From Acidobacteriota bacterium (GTDB taxonomy: Bacteria; Acidobacteriota; UBA890; WLXD01): a stretch of DNA of 64,000 bases. Below are positions 1-8,465 of this stretch, piece by piece. Below the pieces are notes generated by a model that was not told the DNA's origin, made no database searches, and was given only the letters and a program-made list of their open reading frames with translations. Where the stretch lies: NCBI GenBank assembly GCA_963666215.2, contig CAXWPL010000004.1:96001-160000 (forward strand). The letters are read 5' to 3'. A program made the position numbers and the translations under genes. Within the stretch, counting starts at the first letter, position 1, and the number at the start of each line of letters is the position of its first letter.

Positions 1-248
1 TGATCTGCCTGAACGTCATGCTGCTGGCCGGCTACACCTTCTCGTGCCACTCGTGCCGCCACGTCTGCGGCGGTCACGTGAACCAATTCTCGAAGGCCCC
101 GGTGCGCTACGAGATCTGGAGGTTCGTCACCAGGATCAACATGCGCCACCCAACGTACGCCTGGTGCAGCCTGTTGTCGGTTGTCCTGACCGATCTGTAC
201 ATACGGTTCGTGGCAATGGGCGTCATCACAGACATTCGGATCATTTAG
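1..248 (+). CDS. Succinate dehydrogenase membrane anchor, Rv0249c-type (3' part; truncated by window start)
   Basis: YTFSCHSCRH..GG...FSKAPVRY..W......HPTYAW..L..V.LTDLYI pattern resembles actinobacterial Sdh1 anchors; lies directly upstream of sdhA/sdhB. Confidence 0.8.
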   Translation, partial: ICLNVMLLAGYTFSCHSCRHVCGGHVNQFSKAPVRYEIWRFVTRINMRHPTYAWCSLLSVVLTDLYIRFVAMGVITDIRII

Positions 249-1750
249 CTGAATCTCGAATCAGCGTTAACCGGTATCGAGCGCCACGACTACGACGTGA
301 TTGTCGTCGGCGCCGGTGGAGCTGGACTGCGGGCCGCCATCGAGGCCTCGGCGCGGGGGGCCAGGACCGCGGTGATCTGCAAGTCGCTGCTCGGCAAGGC
401 CCCAACGGTGATGGCCGAGAGCGGGCTGGCGGCGGCTCTGGGAACCGTTGACAGCGACGACGACTGGAAGCTGCACTTTCGCGACACGATGGAGGCGGGA
501 AAGGGAGTCAACGACCCGAAAATGGTCGCATTGCTCGCCCAGGAAACCCCCGATCGGCTGCGCGAGCTGGAGGGCTGGGGAGCGCTTTTCGACCGCAGCG
601 CCGACGGCGCGATTGCTCAGGTCGCGGCCGACGGTCACTGCCGCGCTCGACTGGTGCGCGCTGACGACCGCACCGGCCTGGTGCTGCTACGCGCGCTGCA
701 ACAGCGTGCCGTGCACGAGGCGATCGACGTCCACATGGAGTGCACGGTCACGCGTCTGTTGAAGGACCCTGGCTCGGGCAGCCTGGCGGGCGCGGTCGGA
801 TACCGGCGGGCATCGGGCGACCTCGTCGTCTTCGGTGCCAGAGCGACGGTGCTGGCGACCGGCGGCATCGGCCGCGTTTACGACCGCAGATCGCCCGCCG
901 ACAGCACCGGCGACGGCCTAGCGCTCGCCTACCTGGCCGGCGCCGAGCTCATCGACATGGGGTTCGTGCAGTTTGGCCCGTCTGGGCAGCCTGCTCGGTC
1001 TCGCCGGTCGGGATCCTTGCATAGAACTCTGACGGGAGGCATTCGAGTCGACGCCGACACCGCGCAATCGCCGATCCCGGCCTGTTCGCCGCGGGCGAGG
1101 TGGCGGCAGGGCTGCACGGCGCCGCACCGCTGGAGGGTAACTCGCTGTCCGATCTGCTGGTGTTCGGCCGTCGCGCCGGACTCGGAGCTGCGGTGTACGC
1201 TGCCAAGCTCGACGCGGCGCCGAGTGTCGACGACACCCAGGTCGCGGCCGCCGCCGAGGAGATGCTCGCGCCCTTCGATGCCTCTTCCGAGTGTCCTCGC
1301 GAAGAGCGGGAGCGTCCGTACGAGATCGAGGACGAGCTGCAGTCGACGATGCAGCGCGGCGTCGGCGCCAGCAACGGCGGCGACGATCTGGCCGAGTCGT
1401 TAGAGAAGATCCAAGCTCTTCAACGCCGAGCTGTTCTCGAGAAATTCCACCTCGACGGCGATCGCCGGTACAACCCCGGTTGGCACCTCGCGATGGAGCT
1501 GCGCAACCTATTGATCGTCGCGGAGGCCATCGTGCGCTCCGCGCATCAGCGTACAGAGAGCCGCGGCGTGCACTCGCGGGTCGACTATCCGGAGGAGGAC
1601 CCACAGCTCGGCGGCGTCAACAGCGTCGTTCGGTACATCAACGGCGCTATGTCGGTCACCCAGGAGCCCGCGCACGCTCGGCTGCACGAACGCGCCGATC
1701 TCGCCGAGCTGCTCGATGAATCGGACGCGGCGGAGTACGCCGATGCCTGA
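249..1750 (+). pseudogene. sdhA: Degenerate SdhA/FrdA-family flavoprotein (Rv0248c-like), frameshifted near 1080, capping domain missing
   Basis: GAGGAG FAD motif and GKAxTVMAE in ORF 297-1403; LFAAGEV, GNSLSDLLVFG and RTESRG continue in ORF 1100-1750; ccgatcccggcctg lacks one G relative to PIPGL. Confidence 0.8.
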
Positions 1751-2534
1751 TTTGACGTTGAGCGTTTTTCGGGGAACCGACAAGGGCGGTGAGTTCGTCG
1801 AGTTCACGGTCGAGCACGGTATCAACGGTGTCAAGCACCAAGACGACACGGTCGTCCTCGACCTGCTGCACCTGCTGCAGGCCACCCAGGCTGGCGACCT
1901 GGCCGTACGCTGGAACTGCAAATCCGGCAGATGTGGCTCTTGCTCGGTCGAGATCAACGGTCACCCGCGGCTCGCCTGCGCGACTCGTGTCGCCGACCTG
2001 CCGCCCGGCCCGATCACGATCGCGCCGATGAAGGCGTTCCCCGTCGTCAAGGACCTCGTCTGCGACGTCGCCTACAACTACGAGGTCTCCAAAAAGACCC
2101 CTGCGGTGCAGCTGCGTGAGCCTGACAACGACGACGACTGGCGGACGATTCATCAAATCGACATCGAGCGCTCACGCGAGCTCGGCCGCTGCATCGAGTG
2201 CTTCCTGTGCCAGGACGTCTGCCACGTCATCCGCGATCATGGCCCCGAACCGGCGAGCTACGCCGGCCCGCGCTACTTCGCCCGCCTCGCCGAGATCGCC
2301 TGGCATCCCCTTTTGAACAATTCCAGGGAACCGGCAACCCCCGCTGTTTCAAAGAATCCCGGCGGCCTCGGGCTGTGCAATGTCACTCGATGCTGCACCG
2401 ACGTTTGCCCGGAGGGCATCCGGATTACCGACGACGCCATCATTCCGTTGAAGGAACGCGTGGTCTCGGAGCACTACGACCCTGTTCTGTGGGTCCTCCG
2501 CCAGCTGCGTAGGCCTCGGGCTCGAGACGGGTAA
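1743..2534 (+). CDS. sdhB: Succinate dehydrogenase/fumarate reductase iron-sulfur subunit (Rv0247c-like)
   Basis: CKSGRCGSC..C, CIECFLCQDVC and CNVTRCCTDVCP Fe-S motifs; ATG overlaps the end of sdhA. Confidence 0.9.
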   Translation: MPDLTLSVFRGTDKGGEFVEFTVEHGINGVKHQDDTVVLDLLHLLQATQAGDLAVRWNCKSGRCGSCSVEINGHPRLACATRVADLPPGPITIAPMKAFPVVKDLVCDVAYNYEVSKKTPAVQLREPDNDDDWRTIHQIDIERSRELGRCIECFLCQDVCHVIRDHGPEPASYAGPRYFARLAEIAWHPLLNNSREPATPAVSKNPGGLGLCNVTRCCTDVCPEGIRITDDAIIPLKERVVSEHYDPVLWVLRQLRRPRARDG

Positions 2535-2802
2535 AGGCGTCGACGTCACGGGGCGCTCGCCAGAGCTGCGGCGACGCGGCCCGGCCCTCGCGCCGAGTCG
2601 TGCCGGCGACCGCGCGGCCGGGCCAGATTGCAGGTTGCGCCGCGGTTTCCTGCCCGGCGAGCGAGCTCGCTACGTGGTAACGTCGCCGGCCGTGGCACGG
2701 CCCGTCGGATTCGAGAATCTGGACCGGGCGACAAGCTTCGAACGGGCCTTCAGACGGACCTTCAGACAGACCTCGAGACGGCGACCCAGATAGCGACGAA
2801 AC

Positions 2803-4641
2803 GTGAGCCTGAAGCACGACATTGTGATCGTCGGCGGCGGCGGCGCTGGCCTGCGAGCCGCCATTGCCATTGCCGAGACCAACCCCTCGCTGAGCATCGC
2901 GCTGGTCAGCAAGGTCTACCCGATGCGCAGCCACACCGTGGCCGCCGAGGGGGGCGCCGCCGCGGTCATCCGCGACGACGACAGCTTCGATAACCACTTC
3001 CGCGACACCGTCGGCGGCAGCGACTGGCTCGCCGATCAGGACGCCGTCGAGCTGTTCGTCAATGCGGCGCCGCGAGAGATGACGCAGCTCGAGCACTGGG
3101 GCTGCCCGTGGAGCCGCAACCCCGACGGCACCGTGGCGACGCGACCGTTCGGCGGCATGAAGATCGAGCGCACCTGGTTTGCGGCCGACAAGACCGGCTT
3201 TCACATGCTGCATGCGCTCTACCAGACGTCGCTGCAGTACAAGCCCGTCACGGCGTACAACGAGTGGTTCGCGACTCGGCTGCTGGTCGAGAACGGTCGC
3301 TGCCAGGGTGTGACCGCGCTGGAGCTGCGCACCGGCAAGGTCGAGACCGTGCTCGCGGGCGCGGTGATCATGTGCACCGGCGGCGCCGGCAAGCTGTTCC
3401 CGTTCACTACCAACGGCTCGATCAAGACCGGCGACGGCATGGCGATGTCGTACCGCGCGGGCGTCGCCCTCAAGGACATGGAGTTCATCCAGTACCACCC
3501 GACCGGGCTGCCCGGCACTGGCATCCTTATTACGGAAGCCGCGCGCGGCGAAGGTGGCGTTCTGGTCAACAACAAGGGCTACCGCTACCTGCAGGACTAC
3601 GAGCTCGGTACGCCGCTCGAGGTCAGCGACCCGAACCACCCGGTCAAGAAAGCGATGGAGCTCGGGCCGCGCGATCGACTCAGCCAGGCGTTCATCAAAG
3701 AGAGAGATCGCGGCGGCACCATACCGGGCCCGCACGGCCATGTCGTCCACCTCGACGTCCGCCACCTCGGCGAGAAGAAGATCGACAAGAAGATCCCCTT
3801 CGTGCGCGAGCTCGCCAAGAACTACGCCGGTATCGATCCGGTGCACGCGCCCATACCCGTCCGCCCCGTCGTGCACTATTGCATGGGCGGAATCGACACT
3901 CTCAACGACGGCTCGACCTCGCTCCCCGGCCTCTACGCCGCCGGCGAGGTGGCATGCGTGTCGATCAACGGCGCCAACCGGCTGGGCTCGAACTCGCTCA
4001 CCGAGCTGTTGGTCTTCGGTGCCCTGGCCGGCGAGGCCGCGGCCGAGTTCGCGACGGCTCACGGAGAGCTCGACGTGTCGGCGCTCGAGAGGCAGGGGGC
4101 CGACGAGCAGGCGCGCATCGCCCGCGACTTCATCAACAAGCACGGCGGCACCGAGCGTATTGCCGCGCTCCGCCGCGAGATGAACGAGACCATGGAGAAC
4201 GGCGCCGGGATCTACCGCACCCACGCCAAGCTCCAGGCCACGCGCGACAAGCTCGGCGAGCTGCGCGAGCGCTTCGCGAATATCGTGATCGAAGACCGCA
4301 GCTTGACGTTCAACACCGAGCTGACCTCGGCCCTCGAGCTCGACTTCATGCTCGATCTGGCGCTCGCCCTGGCGCATAGCGCGCTGGCCCGCACCGAGAG
4401 CCGCGGCTCGCACCAGCGCACCGACTATCCGGAGCGCGACGACGAGCGCTTCCTCAGCCACAGCCTGGCGTACCGCGGTCACGACGACACCGCCGTTCGC
4501 ATCGATTACAAAGACGTGGTGATCACGAAGTGGCCGCCCGAGAAGCGCGTCTACGGCCAGCAAAGTTCCGCAGAGAAAAGCCCAGAACAGACGCCCCCGG
4601 GTTCGCCAGCAGGCAATCCACCGGTCGACCCGCAGAGTTAG
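2803..4641 (+). CDS. frdA: Fumarate reductase flavoprotein subunit
   Basis: [16 protein letters not shown] (covalent FAD His), [21 protein letters not shown] and [10 protein letters not shown] all intact; strongly resembles E. coli-type FrdA. Confidence 0.95.
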   Translation: MSLKHDIVIVGGGGAGLRAAIAIAETNPSLSIALVSKVYPMRSHTVAAEGGAAAVIRDDDSFDNHFRDTVGGSDWLADQDAVELFVNAAPREMTQLEHWGCPWSRNPDGTVATRPFGGMKIERTWFAADKTGFHMLHALYQTSLQYKPVTAYNEWFATRLLVENGRCQGVTALELRTGKVETVLAGAVIMCTGGAGKLFPFTTNGSIKTGDGMAMSYRAGVALKDMEFIQYHPTGLPGTGILITEAARGEGGVLVNNKGYRYLQDYELGTPLEVSDPNHPVKKAMELGPRDRLSQAFIKERDRGGTIPGPHGHVVHLDVRHLGEKKIDKKIPFVRELAKNYAGIDPVHAPIPVRPVVHYCMGGIDTLNDGSTSLPGLYAAGEVACVSINGANRLGSNSLTELLVFGALAGEAAAEFATAHGELDVSALERQGADEQARIARDFINKHGGTERIAALRREMNETMENGAGIYRTHAKLQATRDKLGELRERFANIVIEDRSLTFNTELTSALELDFMLDLALALAHSALARTESRGSHQRTDYPERDDERFLSHSLAYRGHDDTAVRIDYKDVVITKWPPEKRVYGQQSSAEKSPEQTPPGSPAGNPPVDPQS

Positions 4642-4651
4642 GACCCTCGCC

Positions 4652-5404
4652 GTGGCCCAAACCATGCAGCTCGAGATCTTCCGCTACCGGCCGGAGCAGG
4701 AGAACGAGCCCACATTCCAGACCTACGAGGTGCCGTTCGATGAGGAGTGGGTGGTGCTCGACGCCATCAACTACATCAAGGACGAGATCGACGGCACCTT
4801 GTCGTACCGCTGGTCGTGCCGCATGGGCGTGTGCGGCTCCTGCGGCATGATGGTCAACGGCGTCCCCAAGCTCAGCTGCTCCGCCTTCCTCAGGGACTAC
4901 TACCCCGGCACCATTCGTGTGGAGCCCCTCGACGGCTTCCCGGTGGAGCGCGATCTCGTCTTCGAGATGGAGGGCTTCGTCAACAAGCTCACCAGCGTCA
5001 GCCCCTGGATCGTGCGTAAAGAGGGCGAGAAGAAGCCCCTCGAGGAGGGGCCCTACAAGCAGAGCCCCGGCGAGCTGTCCGACTACAAGCACTACTCGAT
5101 GTGCATCAACTGCATGCTCTGCTACGCCGCCTGCCCGGTGTTCGCCCTCGATAACGACTTCCTCGGCCCCGCCGCCATCGCCCTCGGCCAGCGATACAAC
5201 ATGGACTCGCGCGACCAAGGACGCGACCAGCGCCAGGAGGTCATCGCCGCCCACAAGGGCATCTGGAAGTGCACCTTCGTCGGCGAGTGCAGCGCCGTCT
5301 GCCCCAAGGACGTCGACCCCGCCGGCGCCATCCAGCGCGCCAAGGTCTCGAGCACCGCCGACTACTTCCTGGAGCTGCTGATGCCGTGGAACAAGAGCCG
5401 GTGA
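4652..5404 (+). CDS. frdB: Fumarate reductase iron-sulfur subunit
   Basis: [38 protein letters not shown]. Confidence 0.95.
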   Translation: MAQTMQLEIFRYRPEQENEPTFQTYEVPFDEEWVVLDAINYIKDEIDGTLSYRWSCRMGVCGSCGMMVNGVPKLSCSAFLRDYYPGTIRVEPLDGFPVERDLVFEMEGFVNKLTSVSPWIVRKEGEKKPLEEGPYKQSPGELSDYKHYSMCINCMLCYAACPVFALDNDFLGPAAIALGQRYNMDSRDQGRDQRQEVIAAHKGIWKCTFVGECSAVCPKDVDPAGAIQRAKVSSTADYFLELLMPWNKSR

Positions 5405-5781
5405 GCTACCGCCGCCCCATCCCCGCCACCTGGTGGCTCAAACGCCGCCCCTACACCATGTTCATGGTCCGCGAGCTCAGCAGCCTCGCGGTCGGCGGCT
5501 ACTCGTTCTTCCTCTTATATCTGGCCTGGAAGCTCGGCCAGGGCCCCGAGCCCTACGCTGCCGCCATCGGCGTGCTCACCTCCCCCGTGAGCATCGTCCT
5601 GCATCTCGTCGGCCTGGCGTTGGCGCTCTACCACACGACTAGCTGGTTCAACGTGACCCCCAAGATCATCATCGTCCGCCTCGGCGACGAGCCTCTGCCC
5701 GAGCCTGTCATCGCCGGCGCCCATTACGCCGCCTGGATCGCCGCCTCCGCGGTGGTCGCCTGGATCATCCTCGGGATTTGA
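5401..5781 (+). CDS. frdC: Fumarate reductase membrane anchor subunit C
   Basis: GTGA overlap with frdB; [17 protein letters not shown] and LYHTTSWF motifs; three hydrophobic segments. Confidence 0.88.
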   Translation: MSYRRPIPATWWLKRRPYTMFMVRELSSLAVGGYSFFLLYLAWKLGQGPEPYAAAIGVLTSPVSIVLHLVGLALALYHTTSWFNVTPKIIIVRLGDEPLPEPVIAGAHYAAWIAASAVVAWIILGI

Positions 5782-5815
5782 CCCCCTAAAGCCCAATAGC
5801 TGAGTAGCGAGGCCA

Positions 5816-6169
5816 ATGGCGAAGTCCAACGAGCCCATCTTCTGGTCGCTGTTCTCGGCAGGCGGCATGATGGCAGCACTGTTCCTGCCGATCCTGATGG
5901 CGATCACCGGCATCCTCATCCCCTTCGGAATCGTGCCGTCAGATGTGCTGGGATACGACCGCGTCCACGCCGCGGTTTCGGGCAATCTGATCGTCAAGGC
6001 GATTCTCCTGGCCCTGATCTCCCTTCCGCTGTTCCACTGGGCCCACCGCTTCAAGTTCGTGCTCGCCGACATTGGGCTTCACAGCATCGAGCGTCTGCTC
6101 GGCGTGCTCTGCTACGGCAGCGCGATCGTCGGTACGGCTCTCGCCGGGTTCGTCCTCTGGGGCGTCTGA
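5816..6169 (+). CDS. frdD: Fumarate reductase membrane anchor subunit D
   Basis: SNEPIFWSLFSAGGM N-terminus, LFHWAHRF, CYG. Confidence 0.9.
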   Translation: MAKSNEPIFWSLFSAGGMMAALFLPILMAITGILIPFGIVPSDVLGYDRVHAAVSGNLIVKAILLALISLPLFHWAHRFKFVLADIGLHSIERLLGVLCYGSAIVGTALAGFVLWGV

Positions 6170-6344
6170 TCTCAAGGTCGCAATCATCCCGCTGAAGGAG
6201 CGGGTGGTGTGTCTGGACTCGAGAAGGAAAACGACGGCTTACGAGGTCGGTTACCCCCGATCCCCCTTGACCGACCTCATCAGCTGCAACTCAGAGATAT
6301 GCTGCGAACTGCGCGACAGCAGGTACGCATGGATCCCGGCGAGT

Positions 6345-6548
6345 CGTTACGAGGAAGCCCTCGAGTTGGTCGACGAGATCGTTGCCGACCGTGAGCTCGG
6401 CGTCGAGGCGCTCAGCAAGTCAGTCCGCTGCGGCCATCCGTCGTACGACCTCGTCTACGCGGTGCTGGCGCGAAGAACGGCGTCGGCTGTTCTCACCCGC
6501 GACCGCCGACTCGCAACCTTGCTCGAGGCGATGGCGATCCCCCTGGCC
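6345..6548 (+). pseudogene. C-terminal fragment of a PIN-domain (VapC-like) protein
   Basis: EAL....RCGHPSYDLVYAVLARRTASAVLTRDRRL resembles PIN YD..Y..LA / T.D..L motifs; no N-terminal acidic motif or start seen. Confidence 0.55.
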
Positions 6549-6677
6549 GGTACTGTCAAGTTAAGTAGGATCCGAGGAGGACCGCGTGATCGAGGAGCCG
6601 CAAACCGCTGATTCTCGGCCGTTCTCAGTCAGTGCCGCCGTCCGAAAGGGCGAGAATCGAGTTAACTTGACAGTACC
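6549..6677. mobile_element. 129-bp non-autonomous element (MITE) with IS6-like ends
   Basis: Perfect 16-bp terminal inverted repeats GGTACTGTCAAGTTAA (6549-6564) and TTAACTTGACAGTACC (6662-6677); no transposase. Confidence 0.7.
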
Positions 6678-6716
6678 TCACGTGCGCATCAGCGCCGCTA
6701 CGTTGGCAGTGCCCTG

Positions 6717-7859
6717 CTATAGAAGCGCGGCAAGGCCCGCGAGCCCGACGACCTCCAATTCCACACCGCCGAGCGAGCGGGCGAACGATCGATCGACGTC
6801 GGCGGCCACGAGCAGATTGCGTCCTTCTGGGTAGTGACTCCGAAAAACACGCAGGTTGCGCGACTCGAAGTGATCGGCCGACCACTTGCACTCGATAGCG
6901 ATCGGTGGGTGTCCCCGCCGCAGGAGGACGAAGTCGATCTCGTTGCCATGCTTGGAGCGCCAGTAGCGGACTTTCGCGCCGGGCGGAAGGTGCGCCTGAA
7001 TCTCGTTCAGCACGAGATGCTCCCAAAGCAGGCCCTTGTCCTCGGGCCGGAGCGCGGTCCATCCGCGGAAGTAGGCGACGAACCCGGTATCGAAGCCGTA
7101 AACCTTTGGGGCCGAAACGATCTCGGCGCGCGGACGGCGGGAGAACGGCCGCACTACGTGGGCAACGAGCGTGGCCTCGAGCACCTGTAGATAGTTCGCA
7201 ATAGTCGGGCGGCTCACCTCGCACGGTCGGGCATAGCGCGTGGCTTCGAACATGCCACCGCTGTGAACCATCACCAGCTCGAGGAAGCGCATGAACGACG
7301 ATCGCTCGCGAAGCCGGAACAGCTCGAGGATATCCTTGGCCCAATAGGCGTCGACCCACTCCTGGAATTCACGCTCGGGAAGCTCGCCGGGCGCACTGAG
7401 AAAGAAGGGCGGCAGGCCGCCGTGGAGCATGCGGGTGTCGACGCTCGATGACTCGAACGCCGCCAGATCGGCGGCGATCATCGGCGTCAGCCAGATCTCT
7501 TCTTTGCGACCGGTCAGCGTGTCGGCGAACTTTGCGCTCGCCGACAGACTCGACGACCCGGTCGCCAGTAGACGAGTCTCGGGAAAATGATCGGCCGCGA
7601 TCTTGAGCAGCTCCGCCGGCGCGGTAAGGCGATGGATCTCGTCGAGCACTGCGGTCCCGTTGCCCAGGGAGCGGAGGAACGCCTCCGGATCCTCCATCTG
7701 GCGGCGAACCCGCGGCAGCTCGCAGTCGAAGTACTCGCTATCGGCGATGCTCTGCGCCAACACCGTCTTTCCGGCTCGGCGGACGCCTTTGAGCCACACG
7801 ACGGTTCGGCGGTTCCATGCGTCGAGGATTCGATCGATCCAGAATTGACGCGGATACAT
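6717..7859 (-). CDS. AAA_14-type ATPase with DUF4143 C-terminal domain
   Basis: Walker A GVRRAGKT, Walker B LDEIH, ATGSS, GGLP, PKVYGFDTG, EIDF...IECK. Confidence 0.85.
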   Translation of the reverse strand: MYPRQFWIDRILDAWNRRTVVWLKGVRRAGKTVLAQSIADSEYFDCELPRVRRQMEDPEAFLRSLGNGTAVLDEIHRLTAPAELLKIAADHFPETRLLATGSSSLSASAKFADTLTGRKEEIWLTPMIAADLAAFESSSVDTRMLHGGLPPFFLSAPGELPEREFQEWVDAYWAKDILELFRLRERSSFMRFLELVMVHSGGMFEATRYARPCEVSRPTIANYLQVLEATLVAHVVRPFSRRPRAEIVSAPKVYGFDTGFVAYFRGWTALRPEDKGLLWEHLVLNEIQAHLPPGAKVRYWRSKHGNEIDFVLLRRGHPPIAIECKWSADHFESRNLRVFRSHYPEGRNLLVAADVDRSFARSLGGVELEVVGLAGLAALL

Positions 7860-7980
7860 GCAGATATTATTCCATATAGTTCAACTATTTGAAACCATGG
7901 ATCGCGCCACGCACCACGCAGGCTAACAAAACGGACCGTCAGCTCGCGCGTGTGGTACGCCGTCGGCGCCGACAGATTCG

Positions 7981-8421
7981 TCACGTCGACGAAGGCGCGT
8001 TGTTTCGGTGGATTTGCCCTTGAGACCGTGCCGTGAAATCTCGACTCTGAGAGGCCAGCTCCTCGACCGCGATGTCGCGACGGTTCCCGGCCCTGAGATG
8101 ATCCAGGCAGACGTTGGTGACGATGCGGTACAGCCAGGTCGAGAAGCGCGCTGTTCCCTTGAAGCTGTCGCGGTACCGCAGCACCCGCAGGAACGACTCC
8201 TGCAGCAGATCGTCGGCATGGTGACGGTCGCCGACCATCTGAAAGCACCGCCCCAGGACCTTGCCCGAGTAGCGCCCAAACAGCGTGCCCAGGAGGTCGA
8301 GGTGCCCCTCCTGAATGGCTCGCATGGTCGCTTCGTCGGATGGATAGTCCAAGCTCTCCGCCGGGGCCGACTCGTTGTGGCGCTGTGGTAAACCTCGCTC
8401 GCCCGTTTTAGACCGCGCCAC
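7981..8421 (-). pseudogene. ECF sigma-70 factor truncated after region 2 (no region 4)
   Basis: ADDLLQESFLRV and FSTWLYRIVTNVCLDHLR region-2 motifs; no region-4 HTH in the downstream frames inspected. Confidence 0.7.
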
Positions 8422-8465
8422 ATAACGGGTTGTTACACGGAGGCCAACATCGTCGGGCGTTGCGG

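Noticed and set aside
246-251. Possible TAG read-through fusing the anchor to SdhA (pyrrolysine-like)
   Set aside because: The anchor ends where homologues appear to end and there are no pyl genes in the window; in-frame adjacency has a 1-in-3 chance.
2735-2790. Degenerate 12-bp repeats (CTTCAGACGGAC / CTTCAGACAGAC) upstream of frdA
   Set aside because: Only 3-4 imperfect copies with no spacers; not a CRISPR, and no function can be supported.
2440-4665. 741-aa minus-strand ORF and many other long overlapping ORFs (e.g. 12224-13858, 39562-41745, 46835-48634)
   Set aside because: Antisense shadows of well-supported genes, expected in high-GC DNA; no recognisable motifs.
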